A stretch of DNA of 64,000 nt from a virus, in IMG/VR virus record IMGVR_UViG_3300045988_073455, one strand, 5' to 3'. A program made the position numbers and the translations under genes. Position 1 is the stretch's first letter; each line of letters starts with the position of its first letter. Below, piece by piece: positions 25,635-35,467 of this stretch. The notes beneath the pieces were generated by a model. That model was not told where the DNA came from. It made no database searches and worked only from the letters and a program-made list of their open reading frames with translations.

Positions 25635-27065
25635 ATGAACATCGAAGAAATACTCAAGAAAACTGATACTATCAGCCAAAAGATAGAAGAGCTACGCAGA
25701 AGGACTGTAATGGTCCCTTTGTGGAGTTATCTTTTGAGTTTATATGAGCCAGCAAGCCATAAGGTAATGACAGATACCATAAGCCTTCGTGATAAAGACA
25801 ATGGTGAAAAATCATCCCGTATAGCGGTTGCCCTTGAAAAGCTGCTCACAAACAGAATAACAGAATTTACATTCTCTATACCAGTTAAGAGAAAGTACAA
25901 CACTCCAGAAAATGATATTCAGAGGGAAATCCAAAAGGCATTAGAAAAAATCTACGATTGTGCTCATATTGACAACATGAACTACAAACGTGGACTAGCC
26001 TATTTCGCAAGCTGTGAAATCTTCACCATCTGGTATTCTGTTAAGAAGCATAACTCTCTATATGGTTTTGAATCAAACTACAAGTTGAAGTGCAAAACCT
26101 TCTCCCCTATGGATGGAGTAAGATTGTACCCTATCATTGATGAGTATGATGATATGCAAGCTATGTCGTTTGAGTATGATAAGACCGTTTCCGATAAAGA
26201 GACGATAACATTCTTCGAAACCTTTACAGAAAACTATCATTTCATTTGGAAGAAAAGTAACCTTGGTGAAATGTGGGAGGAAGTAACTGCACAAGTTGAT
26301 GAGGATGGGAACACTAAGAGTGGTGAGGAAATCATCATCCGTAAGATTCCTGGAGCATACCTGTCTCGACCTCATGCCATCTACGAGGGGCTTGATAATA
26401 TCCGAAGTGAATTTGAGTATAATGTCAGTCGCAATAGCAACGTGATTGCATATAACGCTGCACCAATCGCAAAAGTCAAGGGTGGCATAGTCGGACAGGA
26501 GAAAAAGGGAGAAAGTTTGCGTATATGGAGAGTCGAGAATGATGGCGATATTTCATACGTATCATGGAATCAGTCGCAAGAAGCGGTTAGCGGTCAGAAT
26601 AAAACCCTCCTCGGATTGTACTGGATGCTTTCTCAAATGCCAGATATTAGCTTTGAGAATATGAAATCTCTTGGTAATATCGGCTACGATGCAAGACAGA
26701 CGTTGCTCACAGATGCACATCTGAAAGTTCGCATGGAATCGGGCGCTTTCAAGGAGTTCTTTGAAAGAGAGTTCAATGTAATCAAGGCATTCTTGAAGGT
26801 CATGAATCCAAAATGGGAAAAGGAGATAGATAACGTCACCTGCGACCACATCATCACTCCTTATATACCAAAGGATGAGAGCTACGACATCACCATCAGA
26901 CAAAAGGCTAATGGTGGTAAGCCGGTAGAAAGTCAGCTTGAATCCATCGTTAAGCTTGGGCAGTCGCAAGACCCTCAGCAGACAATGGAGGATATTCGAC
27001 AGGATGAACTTAATGCGGCAGCAGTACAGCAGTCTGCTTTTGCTATGGGTGAACAAACAATATAA
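25635..27065 (+). CDS. portal protein (SPP1 gp6-like, by size and synteny)
   Basis: 476 aa. A MuF-type head morphogenesis gene lies two small ORFs downstream, and the C-terminus is acidic. No motif-level proof. Confidence 0.6.
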   Translation: MNIEEILKKTDTISQKIEELRRRTVMVPLWSYLLSLYEPASHKVMTDTISLRDKDNGEKSSRIAVALEKLLTNRITEFTFSIPVKRKYNTPENDIQREIQKALEKIYDCAHIDNMNYKRGLAYFASCEIFTIWYSVKKHNSLYGFESNYKLKCKTFSPMDGVRLYPIIDEYDDMQAMSFEYDKTVSDKETITFFETFTENYHFIWKKSNLGEMWEEVTAQVDEDGNTKSGEEIIIRKIPGAYLSRPHAIYEGLDNIRSEFEYNVSRNSNVIAYNAAPIAKVKGGIVGQEKKGESLRIWRVENDGDISYVSWNQSQEAVSGQNKTLLGLYWMLSQMPDISFENMKSLGNIGYDARQTLLTDAHLKVRMESGAFKEFFEREFNVIKAFLKVMNPKWEKEIDNVTCDHIITPYIPKDESYDITIRQKANGGKPVESQLESIVKLGQSQDPQQTMEDIRQDELNAAAVQQSAFAMGEQTI

Positions 27066-27086
27066 ACGCAATAAACTGCACAAGTT

Positions 27087-27425
27087 ATGAAGAAAAAAAT
27101 CGCAATTTGGCTATTCAAGTTAGCTAGAAGACTCTACCCTATCAGTGTAACTGTCTTCGAACAGAAAGAAATCCTAGAGCCAAAGGTATGTGCCAAGGCT
27201 TATCGTATCGACAAGAATTACATTCGCCACTACAAGCGAGACCATCATGTCAAGTCCATGAGAGAAGCTTTGCATGAGATAACAAAGGAAACTCTCGCAC
27301 AGGCAAAGAAAGATGTACTCAATACTATCGAATCCAAGATCATGAAGCAGAGAGTATATCAGAAGGATGGCAATACGATTGTAGAGGTAAAGGTTAATTG
27401 CTATGTCTCCAAAGAAGAAGGTTAA
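27087..27425 (+). CDS. hypothetical protein
   Basis: 112-aa ORF. Confidence 0.5.
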   Translation: MKKKIAIWLFKLARRLYPISVTVFEQKEILEPKVCAKAYRIDKNYIRHYKRDHHVKSMREALHEITKETLAQAKKDVLNTIESKIMKQRVYQKDGNTIVEVKVNCYVSKEEG

Positions 27426-27588
27426 GCCTATTCCAAAAGAACCTCAGTTCTGCAAATTATGTGCCCACGTTTCCAATCCACGTAATCTTAGTGTTACGGG
27501 AGAGCCAACGTTGGGCACTTGCCCTTATGAGGAGTTTGCTATCCTCTATCAAAGGGAATGTGTAAACGAACATTATAAGCCGAAATAA
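27403..27588 (+). CDS. small Cys-containing hypothetical protein
   Basis: 61-aa ORF with CKLC...C pattern. Confidence 0.4.
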   Translation: MSPKKKVKPIPKEPQFCKLCAHVSNPRNLSVTGEPTLGTCPYEEFAILYQRECVNEHYKPK

Positions 27589-30207
27589 ATGAGACCAAAT
27601 ATCCCCAATCAAAAGAAAGCATACGATGCTCTGAACAGACGCTTAGTTAACTACGTGGCACAAGTTCTGAGCATTTATGATAGAATCGCTAGCCAAGTTT
27701 CTACTGCTATAGATGGTGTCGGTTATGATGGTTCTGCGGAGTTCTTGTTTGGGGACTATCCAGAACTGAAACAAACCATCAATGGCATCATGATCAGTTA
27801 TGCTGCACAGATGAATAATCTCATCTATGCAGGTACCGCAAATGAGTGGAAAGAAAGTAACATCATGCAGGACCTACTTGCAAGAAAGGTACTTCGTGCT
27901 TATGATTTTGAGAAGGGAGGAGATAAGTACAACAGGTATTTCCAACCTAATTCAGATGCTTTGAAGGCTTTTCAGAATAGGGTTGATAAGGGGTTGTCTG
28001 TTTCGCAGAAACTATGGTATCAGTCACAAGCCTTGAAAAAGGAGCTGGAGCATACCATATCAACTGCAATAGAAAGAGGGCAGTCTGCGGTTGTTCTCAG
28101 CAAGCGAATCAGTAAGTATCTGTTAGACTATCCTTCATTAAAGGCTGATTATACAGAAAAATTCGGAAAAGCCGCTACATGCGCGAATTGCCAATACGCT
28201 TCTATACGTTTGGCAAGAACCGAGATAAACATGGCTTACCGAAAGGCAGAGCAGACACGTTGGCAACAATTTGACTTCATCTTGGGATATGAGATTAAGT
28301 TGAGTAAACGCCATCCTGCACCAGACATCTGTGATGATTTGTTGGGAATATACCCAAAAGACTTTGTCTTCCTAGGTTGGCATCCTAACTGCATGTGTTA
28401 TGTTGTACCTATTGTGATGAGCGATGAAGAGTACTATGGTTCTCCTTCCATTCAGAAGTCAGCTATGATTTCTCGCACCCCAAAGAACTTTAATGACTGG
28501 GTACGCAATAACCGCAGCCGAATCGGGCAAGCTGAAACACTTCCATACTTCTTGAAGGATAACAGAAAGTATTGGCACCTGTCCGTTGAGGACGCGGCTG
28601 AGTACCGCCATGCTGACAGAGACGAAAAAGCCATAAAGCTTGCTTGGAAGAACAGAGACTTATTGAAATACAACATAGATGTAGATAATTCTGACATAGC
28701 AACATTAAGGCGAAATGCTAAAGCCTATGAAGTTGATATATCAAGCTTTGAAAAATTCCTCACTACACATCAATTTAAAGAGAGTTTTGGAATGCTGACT
28801 GATAGTGAACGTTCTGTTTTGTCAGATATGTTCGACAAGTATGATGACAAGGTTCGTCAAGCTGTAGAGTATTTCGGCAGGACAAAGAAAAGTTATCTAG
28901 CAAAGTTTGATTATAGCTATAATTTCGGCGATTGGAGGGATGGCATAACTAATAAGTTTGCAAATATCACTCCTACACAATTCGAACCAGTGAGCAAGAT
29001 AAAACCAAAGTTGAAGGCTACCTATGATGAAGCTCGTAGGGAACTGCAAGACCTTCGTTCTATTCCGTTGAAGCCTAAGAAGCTAATAGATGATTTCGAT
29101 GATTGGGAATTGGAGACTGCATTAGACGACCAGGAAGCAGTTATGGCAGGAAAGAAACTCATGCAAAATCTGTATGGTCCAAACATTGATAACGTCAATT
29201 CTTGGATAAGAGTAGAATCGGCTCGCATAACAGAAGGCTGGGGCAAGGCTTATGAGGTCTTTCTTGACGAGTATCATAACGGCTTGAAGGAGGTCATGGA
29301 AGCTGCTACCCATCTGAACGAATTGAGAACAGCAGATTTGAGTATTATTCCTACAAGATGGATTCCTCGCTTCAATGATTATATCAAGACTATAGAAACT
29401 GCAAGGATTGATGTCCGAGGTTACGAAAGGGTTTATCGTGAGATAGAGGGTGCGTACAACATCTACAAGCTGTCTTCGGATCAAGATTTGATTGCGTATG
29501 GCTTAGATAAGCTATCCTTCAATACACCTCATACCATCGTGGAAGGCTTTAGAGGTATTGGATTGAGTCCGACCAAATGGCTCGGAAAGAAAGAGTTTTA
29601 TGATAGCTTTGACAAGTTTGTTCCTTGTATTAGCCTTAGCGGAAACAAAGCATACTTTTGGAGCAAATACAATCATGTGCGAATAGACTTCGATGGTCTG
29701 AAGGAAAGAATCTTAAATTCAGAATGGTATCGCAAGGGTCTCCAATATCACGAATACGGACACGCTAAAGCCGCATTACAAGGTAATTGGGAAGAAAATG
29801 CAGACTTCAAAAATCTTTATAAAAGGTTTTTTGCTGACTACAACAAGCCCGAATATAGATACGTAGATGGAGAAGGTGTTTCGCAATGGAAAATCGCTGA
29901 TAGACTATTTGAAGAGCTCAAACTCGTAAAAGACAAAACGTATGATGTAATGGAACAATTTGGCAAAATCTCTGATACTTTGCAAGCTATCGACAAAGAT
30001 CACAACTGGATACAGGGAATGTTAGGACACGACGTCGATTACTTCGCATCGAGTTCGCATAATTGTTTAGCTGATATTATAGCCCATTTAAGCGAAAATT
30101 ATTGGTCTAACAATAAATACTTCAAAAAGGTTTTGCCAAGGCTTTATAATGAAGCTATGGCTCTCTATGAGAAGTATTATAAGCTAAACAAACCGACAAA
30201 AAGATAG
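27589..30207 (+). CDS. MuF/SPP1-gp7-like minor head protein fused to a long C-terminal extension with an HExxH metallopeptidase-like motif
   Basis: IRLARTEINMAYRKAE and WHPNCMCYVVP are MuF hallmarks. LQYHEYGHAKAA lies near residue 715. Confidence 0.8.
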   Translation: MRPNIPNQKKAYDALNRRLVNYVAQVLSIYDRIASQVSTAIDGVGYDGSAEFLFGDYPELKQTINGIMISYAAQMNNLIYAGTANEWKESNIMQDLLARKVLRAYDFEKGGDKYNRYFQPNSDALKAFQNRVDKGLSVSQKLWYQSQALKKELEHTISTAIERGQSAVVLSKRISKYLLDYPSLKADYTEKFGKAATCANCQYASIRLARTEINMAYRKAEQTRWQQFDFILGYEIKLSKRHPAPDICDDLLGIYPKDFVFLGWHPNCMCYVVPIVMSDEEYYGSPSIQKSAMISRTPKNFNDWVRNNRSRIGQAETLPYFLKDNRKYWHLSVEDAAEYRHADRDEKAIKLAWKNRDLLKYNIDVDNSDIATLRRNAKAYEVDISSFEKFLTTHQFKESFGMLTDSERSVLSDMFDKYDDKVRQAVEYFGRTKKSYLAKFDYSYNFGDWRDGITNKFANITPTQFEPVSKIKPKLKATYDEARRELQDLRSIPLKPKKLIDDFDDWELETALDDQEAVMAGKKLMQNLYGPNIDNVNSWIRVESARITEGWGKAYEVFLDEYHNGLKEVMEAATHLNELRTADLSIIPTRWIPRFNDYIKTIETARIDVRGYERVYREIEGAYNIYKLSSDQDLIAYGLDKLSFNTPHTIVEGFRGIGLSPTKWLGKKEFYDSFDKFVPCISLSGNKAYFWSKYNHVRIDFDGLKERILNSEWYRKGLQYHEYGHAKAALQGNWEENADFKNLYKRFFADYNKPEYRYVDGEGVSQWKIADRLFEELKLVKDKTYDVMEQFGKISDTLQAIDKDHNWIQGMLGHDVDYFASSSHNCLADIIAHLSENYWSNNKYFKKVLPRLYNEAMALYEKYYKLNKPTKR

Positions 30208-30215
30208 GTGGTAGT

Positions 30216-30503
30216 CTATGGTTCTACCACCCATCTTGATTTTCTTTCGGTAGGACCTACGGCTGATTCATTGGTAATATAGGTCAGACCAAACTTTGTT
30301 TTAGTTTTCATTGCCTTGCGAATAGAGAGCATTATTTCTTCTCTCGTAAAGCCGCTAATAGGATAGTTTTGTAGAGCTAATTCTACTGCGCACATTTGAG
30401 CTACACCTGCATTTCCTTTGGTATAGTAGTTCACTACCTGTTCGTCTGTAAGCTCATTCACGGACTTAACAGAGCATTGTTCTAGATATTCTTGTATATT
30501 CAT
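30216..30503 (-). CDS. hypothetical protein; lone minus-strand gene, apparently leaderless
   Basis: MNIQEYLEQ... The minus-strand TATCTTTG box ends 4 nt before the ATG. Confidence 0.5.
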   Translation of the reverse strand: MNIQEYLEQCSVKSVNELTDEQVVNYYTKGNAGVAQMCAVELALQNYPISGFTREEIMLSIRKAMKTKTKFGLTYITNESAVGPTERKSRWVVEP

Positions 30504-30634
30504 GCTGCAAAGATAGTAAAAGTTTCCCAAACTACAATACGTCCGATTAAAAAGTTAGCAAAAGTTAGCAAACAGGCTATAAAGAAGTTTAAAAGTTAAA
30601 CTATTGTAAGTACCTGAAAATAAGATAGTTGATA

Positions 30635-30666
30635 TTTGGTTAATTCGCAAAAAACGACTATCTTTG
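30635..30666 (+). promoter_or_regulatory. Bacteroidota-type promoter (TTTG-N20-TATCTTTG) with a conserved leader
   Basis: TTTG at 30635-30638 and TATCTTTG at 30659-30666. Confidence 0.55.
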
Positions 30667-30705
30667 CACTATCAAAATAAAAATAACAATTAAAAGATAA
30701 GAGCA

Positions 30706-30867
30706 ATGAAATACGAAGAAACGTTTAAACAACAAATGGTAGTAATTGAAGCCATGGTAGAAAAGACCAAAAAGGCGAAGGAAGAGAACTGCGACCTTTA
30801 TGCTCTCATTTACATGAGGGGATGGCTTAAAGGAATTGTAGATGATTTGGATAAGATTATCCCTTAA
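30706..30867 (+). CDS. small hypothetical protein (53 aa, not in the track), paralog of 15110-15274
   Basis: MKYEETFKQQ...MRGWLKGIVDDL aligns with MKYEETFKSE...MKGWLKVVYEEL. The minus-strand track ORF 30658..30912 is rejected in its favour. Confidence 0.5.
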   Translation: MKYEETFKQQMVVIEAMVEKTKKAKEENCDLYALIYMRGWLKGIVDDLDKIIP

Positions 30868-30900
30868 CAACATGTTTTTAATTCTTAAAGGTAAGTAATT

Positions 30901-31296
30901 ATGACACAGCAAGAATTTGAACAGCGAGTAGGAATATCGGTCAATGCTACCGAATACGCTTCCATCGAGAATGTATATATGGCAAGCGACCTAGATAAGG
31001 ATGCTTTCTGCATTCTTTGGGAGAAGATGAACTTCAAAAGAGTTGCAAGAGCTAGAGAAGAGAAATCAGCTAAGTTGAAGGAGCAAATGAAGAAGGAACA
31101 GCTATTCGACATACTGAACAAGCCATACGGCAAAAACGAGTTCGGTACGCTAGCAGATAACTTCTACAGCAAAAGTGAAAAAGCTGTACTAGAAAGCATC
31201 GGAATCCACATGCAGCAAGAAAGAAATGGCATTCCATACTTTGTAAGCGTAGCATCAGTATTGGTTGATTTACGCAAATATTTGAAAGTCGCATAA
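30901..31296 (+). CDS. hypothetical protein
   Basis: 131-aa ORF. Confidence 0.55.
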   Translation: MTQQEFEQRVGISVNATEYASIENVYMASDLDKDAFCILWEKMNFKRVARAREEKSAKLKEQMKKEQLFDILNKPYGKNEFGTLADNFYSKSEKAVLESIGIHMQQERNGIPYFVSVASVLVDLRKYLKVA

Positions 31297-31343
31297 GAAG
31301 GAAATGGTAGGGCTAACCACCCTACCTCAATACGATAAGAGCA

Positions 31344-32507
31344 ATGAATACGATAAAGACGTTTATTCCATCAGAGTCAGTTGACGCATTTAAGAAGTTC
31401 GCTGAGAAGACAAAGCGCAATGTAGAAGGTTTCGACTACACCATTAGTAACCCACGAAAAAAGTTATTCCGTCATGCGGTAGTAGAAGATTGTCAAACCA
31501 TCATTGGGAAGTATTGGCATGACATCTGTGACCTCACCATCAATATGCCAGACGAAAGTAATTGGAGATTGCTGGCCACATATAAGAATGGAGCCTTTAC
31601 TCCTGCTGATACAACCAAGGAGTTGGTATTCAAGATTAAGGAGCATGGAGCTGATTACGGCAAATGCGACCTATGTGGTCATTGGTGTAACAACGCATAC
31701 GTAATCGAGAATACGCAAACTGGCGATGAACTGCAAGTAGGTTGCGAGTGCATAAAAAAGTTCGGATTGAAGTACATTGACTTCCTCTCAGACTTTACAC
31801 GCAAACTTTATGAGACCTACGACCACACCATCAGATATGCCACCGATGATGACTATGGAGACCTTATTCCAATTTGGGGTGGTCCTAAGGATAGTAGATA
31901 TACGGATGCCATCTTGAAGAATGACATGATCGCCATGTGCAAGGCTCAGTATGACGAGTGCCCTGTTTACAAGAAAGGCTATTACGCAAATGGTCACTAT
32001 TACCCATCAGAAACAATCGCCAAATTAGAGGAAATAAGAGATTCTAAGAAGTTTACGGTTGACTCCTCATACATAACAAAGGTCTGCGATTTTGCGCTCT
32101 CTAAAGAGCCTAAATCGCAATTCGAGGTTGAAATGCAGAAAGTAGCAAATGACTACTACACATTCTCGGAGCAGTTCGTTTATGCTTTCTTCCTGGTGAA
32201 GAACTACGAGGATAGCTTAAAAGGTGGTATTGATGCCATCAAGAAAGGTATGCAAGTCAAGGTAGTCGGTAAAGTCATTCAACAGCGCACAGAGCAGTCT
32301 TACTACGGAGAAATGGTCACAAACACCATCCTTACTAAAAACGGAATAGTCTGTGAAAGGGTTGGCAAAATACCAACTGCACAAAAAGATGGCGAGAAGA
32401 CCACCGAGTTCTATGCTATCGTCAAGGGTTTGTTCAATGGAAAGGTTTGCCTAGACAGAGCTACTAAGAATCCAAAGAAAGGAATTGAAGTGGCTATGGA
32501 GATTTAG
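31344..32507 (+). CDS. hypothetical protein with a Zn-ribbon-like CxxC...CxC motif
   Basis: 387 aa with CDLCGHWC...GCEC. Start lies within ATAAGAGCAATGAATAC. Confidence 0.65.
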   Translation: MNTIKTFIPSESVDAFKKFAEKTKRNVEGFDYTISNPRKKLFRHAVVEDCQTIIGKYWHDICDLTINMPDESNWRLLATYKNGAFTPADTTKELVFKIKEHGADYGKCDLCGHWCNNAYVIENTQTGDELQVGCECIKKFGLKYIDFLSDFTRKLYETYDHTIRYATDDDYGDLIPIWGGPKDSRYTDAILKNDMIAMCKAQYDECPVYKKGYYANGHYYPSETIAKLEEIRDSKKFTVDSSYITKVCDFALSKEPKSQFEVEMQKVANDYYTFSEQFVYAFFLVKNYEDSLKGGIDAIKKGMQVKVVGKVIQQRTEQSYYGEMVTNTILTKNGIVCERVGKIPTAQKDGEKTTEFYAIVKGLFNGKVCLDRATKNPKKGIEVAMEI

Positions 32508-32509
32508 TT

Positions 32510-32668
32510 ATGAGCGCATTCAACATCAACGCCTATTATGGCTGTGAAACTTGCGAAGCAGCCGACGAATATGGTAATGGTTGCAAGCATGGTCTGTTAT
32601 TCCCTGTCCTGCTTGTGATAGCTAATAAAAGGGAATGCCCAAATTATAGATTTCAAAGAAAGGAATAG
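32510..32668 (+). CDS. small Cys-rich hypothetical protein (52 aa, not in the track)
   Basis: ATG lies 2 nt after the upstream stop. Confidence 0.35.
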   Translation: MSAFNINAYYGCETCEAADEYGNGCKHGLLFPVLLVIANKRECPNYRFQRKE

Positions 32669-32669
32669 A

Positions 32670-32825
32670 ATGAGTTATAAAGACAGAATAGAATTAGAGC
32701 AACTTTTAGGTAGTTTTGTAACATCACCTAAAAGCCTTCTATCAGAAAAAGAGGTCAAATTGCTAAGAAAAGCCATGCGACTTATTGGTAGAGTAAATAA
32801 GAGATACGCGGATTTATACATGTAA
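32670..32825 (+). CDS. small hypothetical protein (51 aa, not in the track)
   Basis: ATG lies 1 nt after the upstream stop. Confidence 0.35.
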   Translation: MSYKDRIELEQLLGSFVTSPKSLLSEKEVKLLRKAMRLIGRVNKRYADLYM

Positions 32826-32837
32826 ATACGAAATGAT

Positions 32838-33071
32838 ATGAAATTGCAGGTTTATTTCTTATACAGAACAGATGAGCACCTATCAACAGACAGCAAGGAA
32901 TTGCTCTTTATTGGCAACCTTCCAAATTGCATGAAAGCAGCAAGGAAGTTTAATGCTACAGATACTCAGATTAATGAACTTGGGTATCATAAGCAAAGTC
33001 AACTTAACAATGTAGGTTACGAGTTTATGCTAGAACAGCATACACTTAACGAATATATAGTAGAACCATAA
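32838..33071 (+). CDS. hypothetical protein
   Basis: 77-aa ORF. Confidence 0.5.
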   Translation: MKLQVYFLYRTDEHLSTDSKELLFIGNLPNCMKAARKFNATDTQINELGYHKQSQLNNVGYEFMLEQHTLNEYIVEP

Positions 33072-33082
33072 AATATACGATT

Positions 33083-33289
33083 ATGAAGATATACAAATTG
33101 ATATGGTATCTCTACACAGAGGACCAACTTAAAGAATCCCTCATCACCGATAAGGAAGTTGCAGAAAAACGTTATCAAGAGCTGAAGAAGTTTCTTTATC
33201 GTGGATGCTGGTTATCCCTCTCAGAATTAGTTGAAAACGAAGACCACGAACTAGTGAAGGGTGAAGGTCTTCATTATAACGACATTTAA
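33083..33289 (+). CDS. hypothetical protein
   Basis: 68-aa ORF. Confidence 0.5.
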   Translation: MKIYKLIWYLYTEDQLKESLITDKEVAEKRYQELKKFLYRGCWLSLSELVENEDHELVKGEGLHYNDI

Positions 33290-33300
33290 AAGTTAGAGCA

Positions 33301-33849
33301 ATGGAACAGAAGTTATTAGATTTGATTATCCATATAGGACAAGTTAGAGGTTGGGCTGTAGATGCTACAGATAATGGCAATGACTTTGCCTACATCTTCT
33401 TTCAGCGTTATTCTCCTGCTGGTCAAGATTTCAACATGTCAATCGAAATGCCAAACAATGACCCGAATGAGTTTTTGAAGAACCTCGATGATTACTACGA
33501 GAACTTCGATCCAGATAGTGAAGCCCTAAACCGGTGTGACAAAGAAGGTCATGGTATAAATGGAGCACCCAAACGCTTGAAGGATATCATCATTGATTTC
33601 GAGGAAATCGAAAAGGAAATCAAAGAACTCCTAGAAGTGTTCAATCTTCAAATAGAGGAACTAGAGAAAGCTGCCATTCACAAGGTTAAAGTGCAAGTCA
33701 CCGAATACCTGCAAAAGGTAGTGGAGGTTGATGCCATCAATGGCAGTGACGCATGCGATAAAGTCGAAGAAATGGTTAATGGATCAGAAATCATCTTGAC
33801 AGCAGACGATTTCACAACAAGAAACATTGAGCCTTATGAAGATAAGTAA
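33301..33849 (+). CDS. acidic hypothetical protein
   Basis: 182-aa ORF. Start lies within TTAGAGCAATGGAA. Confidence 0.6.
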   Translation: MEQKLLDLIIHIGQVRGWAVDATDNGNDFAYIFFQRYSPAGQDFNMSIEMPNNDPNEFLKNLDDYYENFDPDSEALNRCDKEGHGINGAPKRLKDIIIDFEEIEKEIKELLEVFNLQIEELEKAAIHKVKVQVTEYLQKVVEVDAINGSDACDKVEEMVNGSEIILTADDFTTRNIEPYEDK

Positions 33850-34087
33850 AACTGCACAAGCTGTGCAAAAGCTAAAAGATGGAGATTTGAAAGGAGCACT
33901 CTCCATCTTTTCTACTTTTAAGTATGATTTCACAAGGGATGAACGTAGAATCATGCGAATTGCATACGAAACACTTTGCGGACATGGTGCTTTCTATCAA
34001 TCATTAGGAATTGATGCTAGTCAGATGATAGTAGATGCGTCAAGTATACTATACGATAAGTATCTGAATAACAATAAGTTAAACTAA
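33827..34087 (+). CDS. hypothetical protein
   Basis: 86-aa ORF. Its last 32 nt are duplicated at 43682-43713. Confidence 0.5.
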   Translation: MSLMKISKTAQAVQKLKDGDLKGALSIFSTFKYDFTRDERRIMRIAYETLCGHGAFYQSLGIDASQMIVDASSILYDKYLNNNKLN

Positions 34088-34197
34088 GTTAGCAAAAAGT
34101 ACTTTATGCTCAAAACGTTTGGTCATTTGCAAAAAAATGATTACCTTTGCACTATCAAAAATAAATAATAACAATTAAAAGATAAGAGCAATGAAAC
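34056..34197 (+). repeat. 142-bp direct repeat, copy 1 (gene 3' end + promoter + leader + ATGAAAC)
   Basis: Near-identical to 43682-43829, with one substitution and small indels in the A-rich leader. Confidence 0.85.
34118..34149 (+). promoter_or_regulatory. Bacteroidota-type promoter (TTTG-N20-TACCTTTG)
   Basis: TTTG at 34118-34121 and TACCTTTG at 34142-34149. Confidence 0.6.
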
Positions 34198-34469
34198 GAT
34201 TTGAAGATTACGAAAAAGCTTATAATAAATGCTATGAACTTTTGCAAAAACTCACAGCATTGATAAAAGAGACAGATGGCAACCTCACTATCGAGATAAG
34301 ATTTACTTATATTGACAAATATCCAATGCTTTCTGTTAAATACTATTGTAATTACCTATACTCATTTCTTCCACAAGAAGATGGTACATTTATTATTTCT
34401 ACAGACAATAAAATCTATACAATGGATGAAATTGAGGCGAAGATAAGAAAGAATTGTTATTTAGACTAA
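34191..34469 (+). CDS. hypothetical protein
   Basis: 92-aa ORF with the motif start. Confidence 0.55.
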   Translation: MKRFEDYEKAYNKCYELLQKLTALIKETDGNLTIEIRFTYIDKYPMLSVKYYCNYLYSFLPQEDGTFIISTDNKIYTMDEIEAKIRKNCYLD

Positions 34470-34481
34470 AATATAAGAGCA

Positions 34482-34826
34482 ATGAAACTGATTACGAAAG
34501 AAATTAAGAAGAGACTGGAAAAATATCCTCTCTACTCGCAGGATGGTAAAAAGGAAGAAGCCATCTGTCAAGCAAAGTTCTTCCTTTGTGTTGGTGCATG
34601 GTCTTGGTTCATATTGGAAGCAGACCTAGAGAACAATATCGCCTACGGAATCACTATCAATGGAAGTGGTGAAGGCGAGTACGGCTACACAAGCTTAACC
34701 GAGTTGCAGGGGCTAACAACTAAGTTAGGCTTAACCGTAGAGCGAGACACCTCATTCTCCCCTACTCCACTAAAGGATATTAATAACGAATATCTAAAGA
34801 AGTTTCTTAAGAAAATGTACGCTTGA
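34482..34826 (+). CDS. DUF2958-like protein
   Basis: LYSQDGKKEEAICQAKFF...WSWFILEAD...GEYGYTSLTELQ matches my recollection of DUF2958. Confidence 0.65.
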   Translation: MKLITKEIKKRLEKYPLYSQDGKKEEAICQAKFFLCVGAWSWFILEADLENNIAYGITINGSGEGEYGYTSLTELQGLTTKLGLTVERDTSFSPTPLKDINNEYLKKFLKKMYA

Positions 34827-34856
34827 AAATAATTTCTCACTTTTTTCGAGAAACTA

Positions 34857-34887
34857 TTTGTTGATTAAATAATTTTATCTATCTTTG
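34857..34887 (+). promoter_or_regulatory. promoter (TTTG-N19-TATCTTTG); 65-bp cassette shared with 46022-46088
   Basis: GAAAATAATTTCTCACTTTTTT..AAACTATTTGTTGATTAAATAAT is conserved in both copies. Confidence 0.6.
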
Positions 34888-34905
34888 CAAAAAGTTACAA
34901 AAGAA

Positions 34906-35304
34906 ATGAAGATTTATACATCATACTTCTCAAACGGAGCTAAGTTAGCAAAAGCTGGTATCATGATGATCGGCATTGCCCTCTACCCTCCGAAATGGTT
35001 TACAGGATTATCAAACAAGTACGTGTCACCATCATGGGACATTCTTCACAACTCCAAATCGGAAGAAGATTACGTACAACGTTTCAATTCTGAGATATTG
35101 GCTCATCGGGACCCAAAAGCATTTCTCTCAGCAATAGAGAAAATGGCAAATGGAAAAGATGTAGCTCTATGTTGCTTCGAAAAGCCAGATGATTTTTGCC
35201 ATCGCCACCTAGTGGCAAAATGGCTGAATGAAAAGCTGGGAGTGCAGGTCGAGGAATTTGGAATTTCCAAGAATCCTGTTTACTCGGAGCAAAGCTTGTT
35301 TTAG
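34906..35304 (+). CDS. DUF488-family protein
   Basis: MKIYTSYFSN...VALCCFEKPDDFCHRHLVAKWL matches the DUF488 pattern. Confidence 0.7.
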   Translation: MKIYTSYFSNGAKLAKAGIMMIGIALYPPKWFTGLSNKYVSPSWDILHNSKSEEDYVQRFNSEILAHRDPKAFLSAIEKMANGKDVALCCFEKPDDFCHRHLVAKWLNEKLGVQVEEFGISKNPVYSEQSLF

Positions 35305-35389
35305 GAATTCCTCCTTTCAAAATACACACAATGGTTGACGGCTCGGAAAGACGAGCATTTTTGCGTGTATAGAATATTGTTATTATAAG

Positions 35390-35462
35390 CGGAGATAGCT
35401 CAGTTAGCAGAGCGCAGTGATACCATCACTGAGGTCGTTGGTGCGGCTCCAACTCTCCGCTC
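35390..35462 (+). tRNA. tRNA-like gene, anticodon ACC (Gly) by manual folding; atypical D and T loops
   Basis: Fold: GCGGAGA-TA-GCTC-AGTTAGCA-GAGC-G-CAGTG-ATACCAT-CACTG-AGGTC-GTTGG-TGCGGCT-CCAAC-TCTCCGC. The cloverleaf is perfect, but the T loop is TGCGGCT and the D loop has no GG. Confidence 0.6.
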
Positions 35463-35467
35463 TTTTG

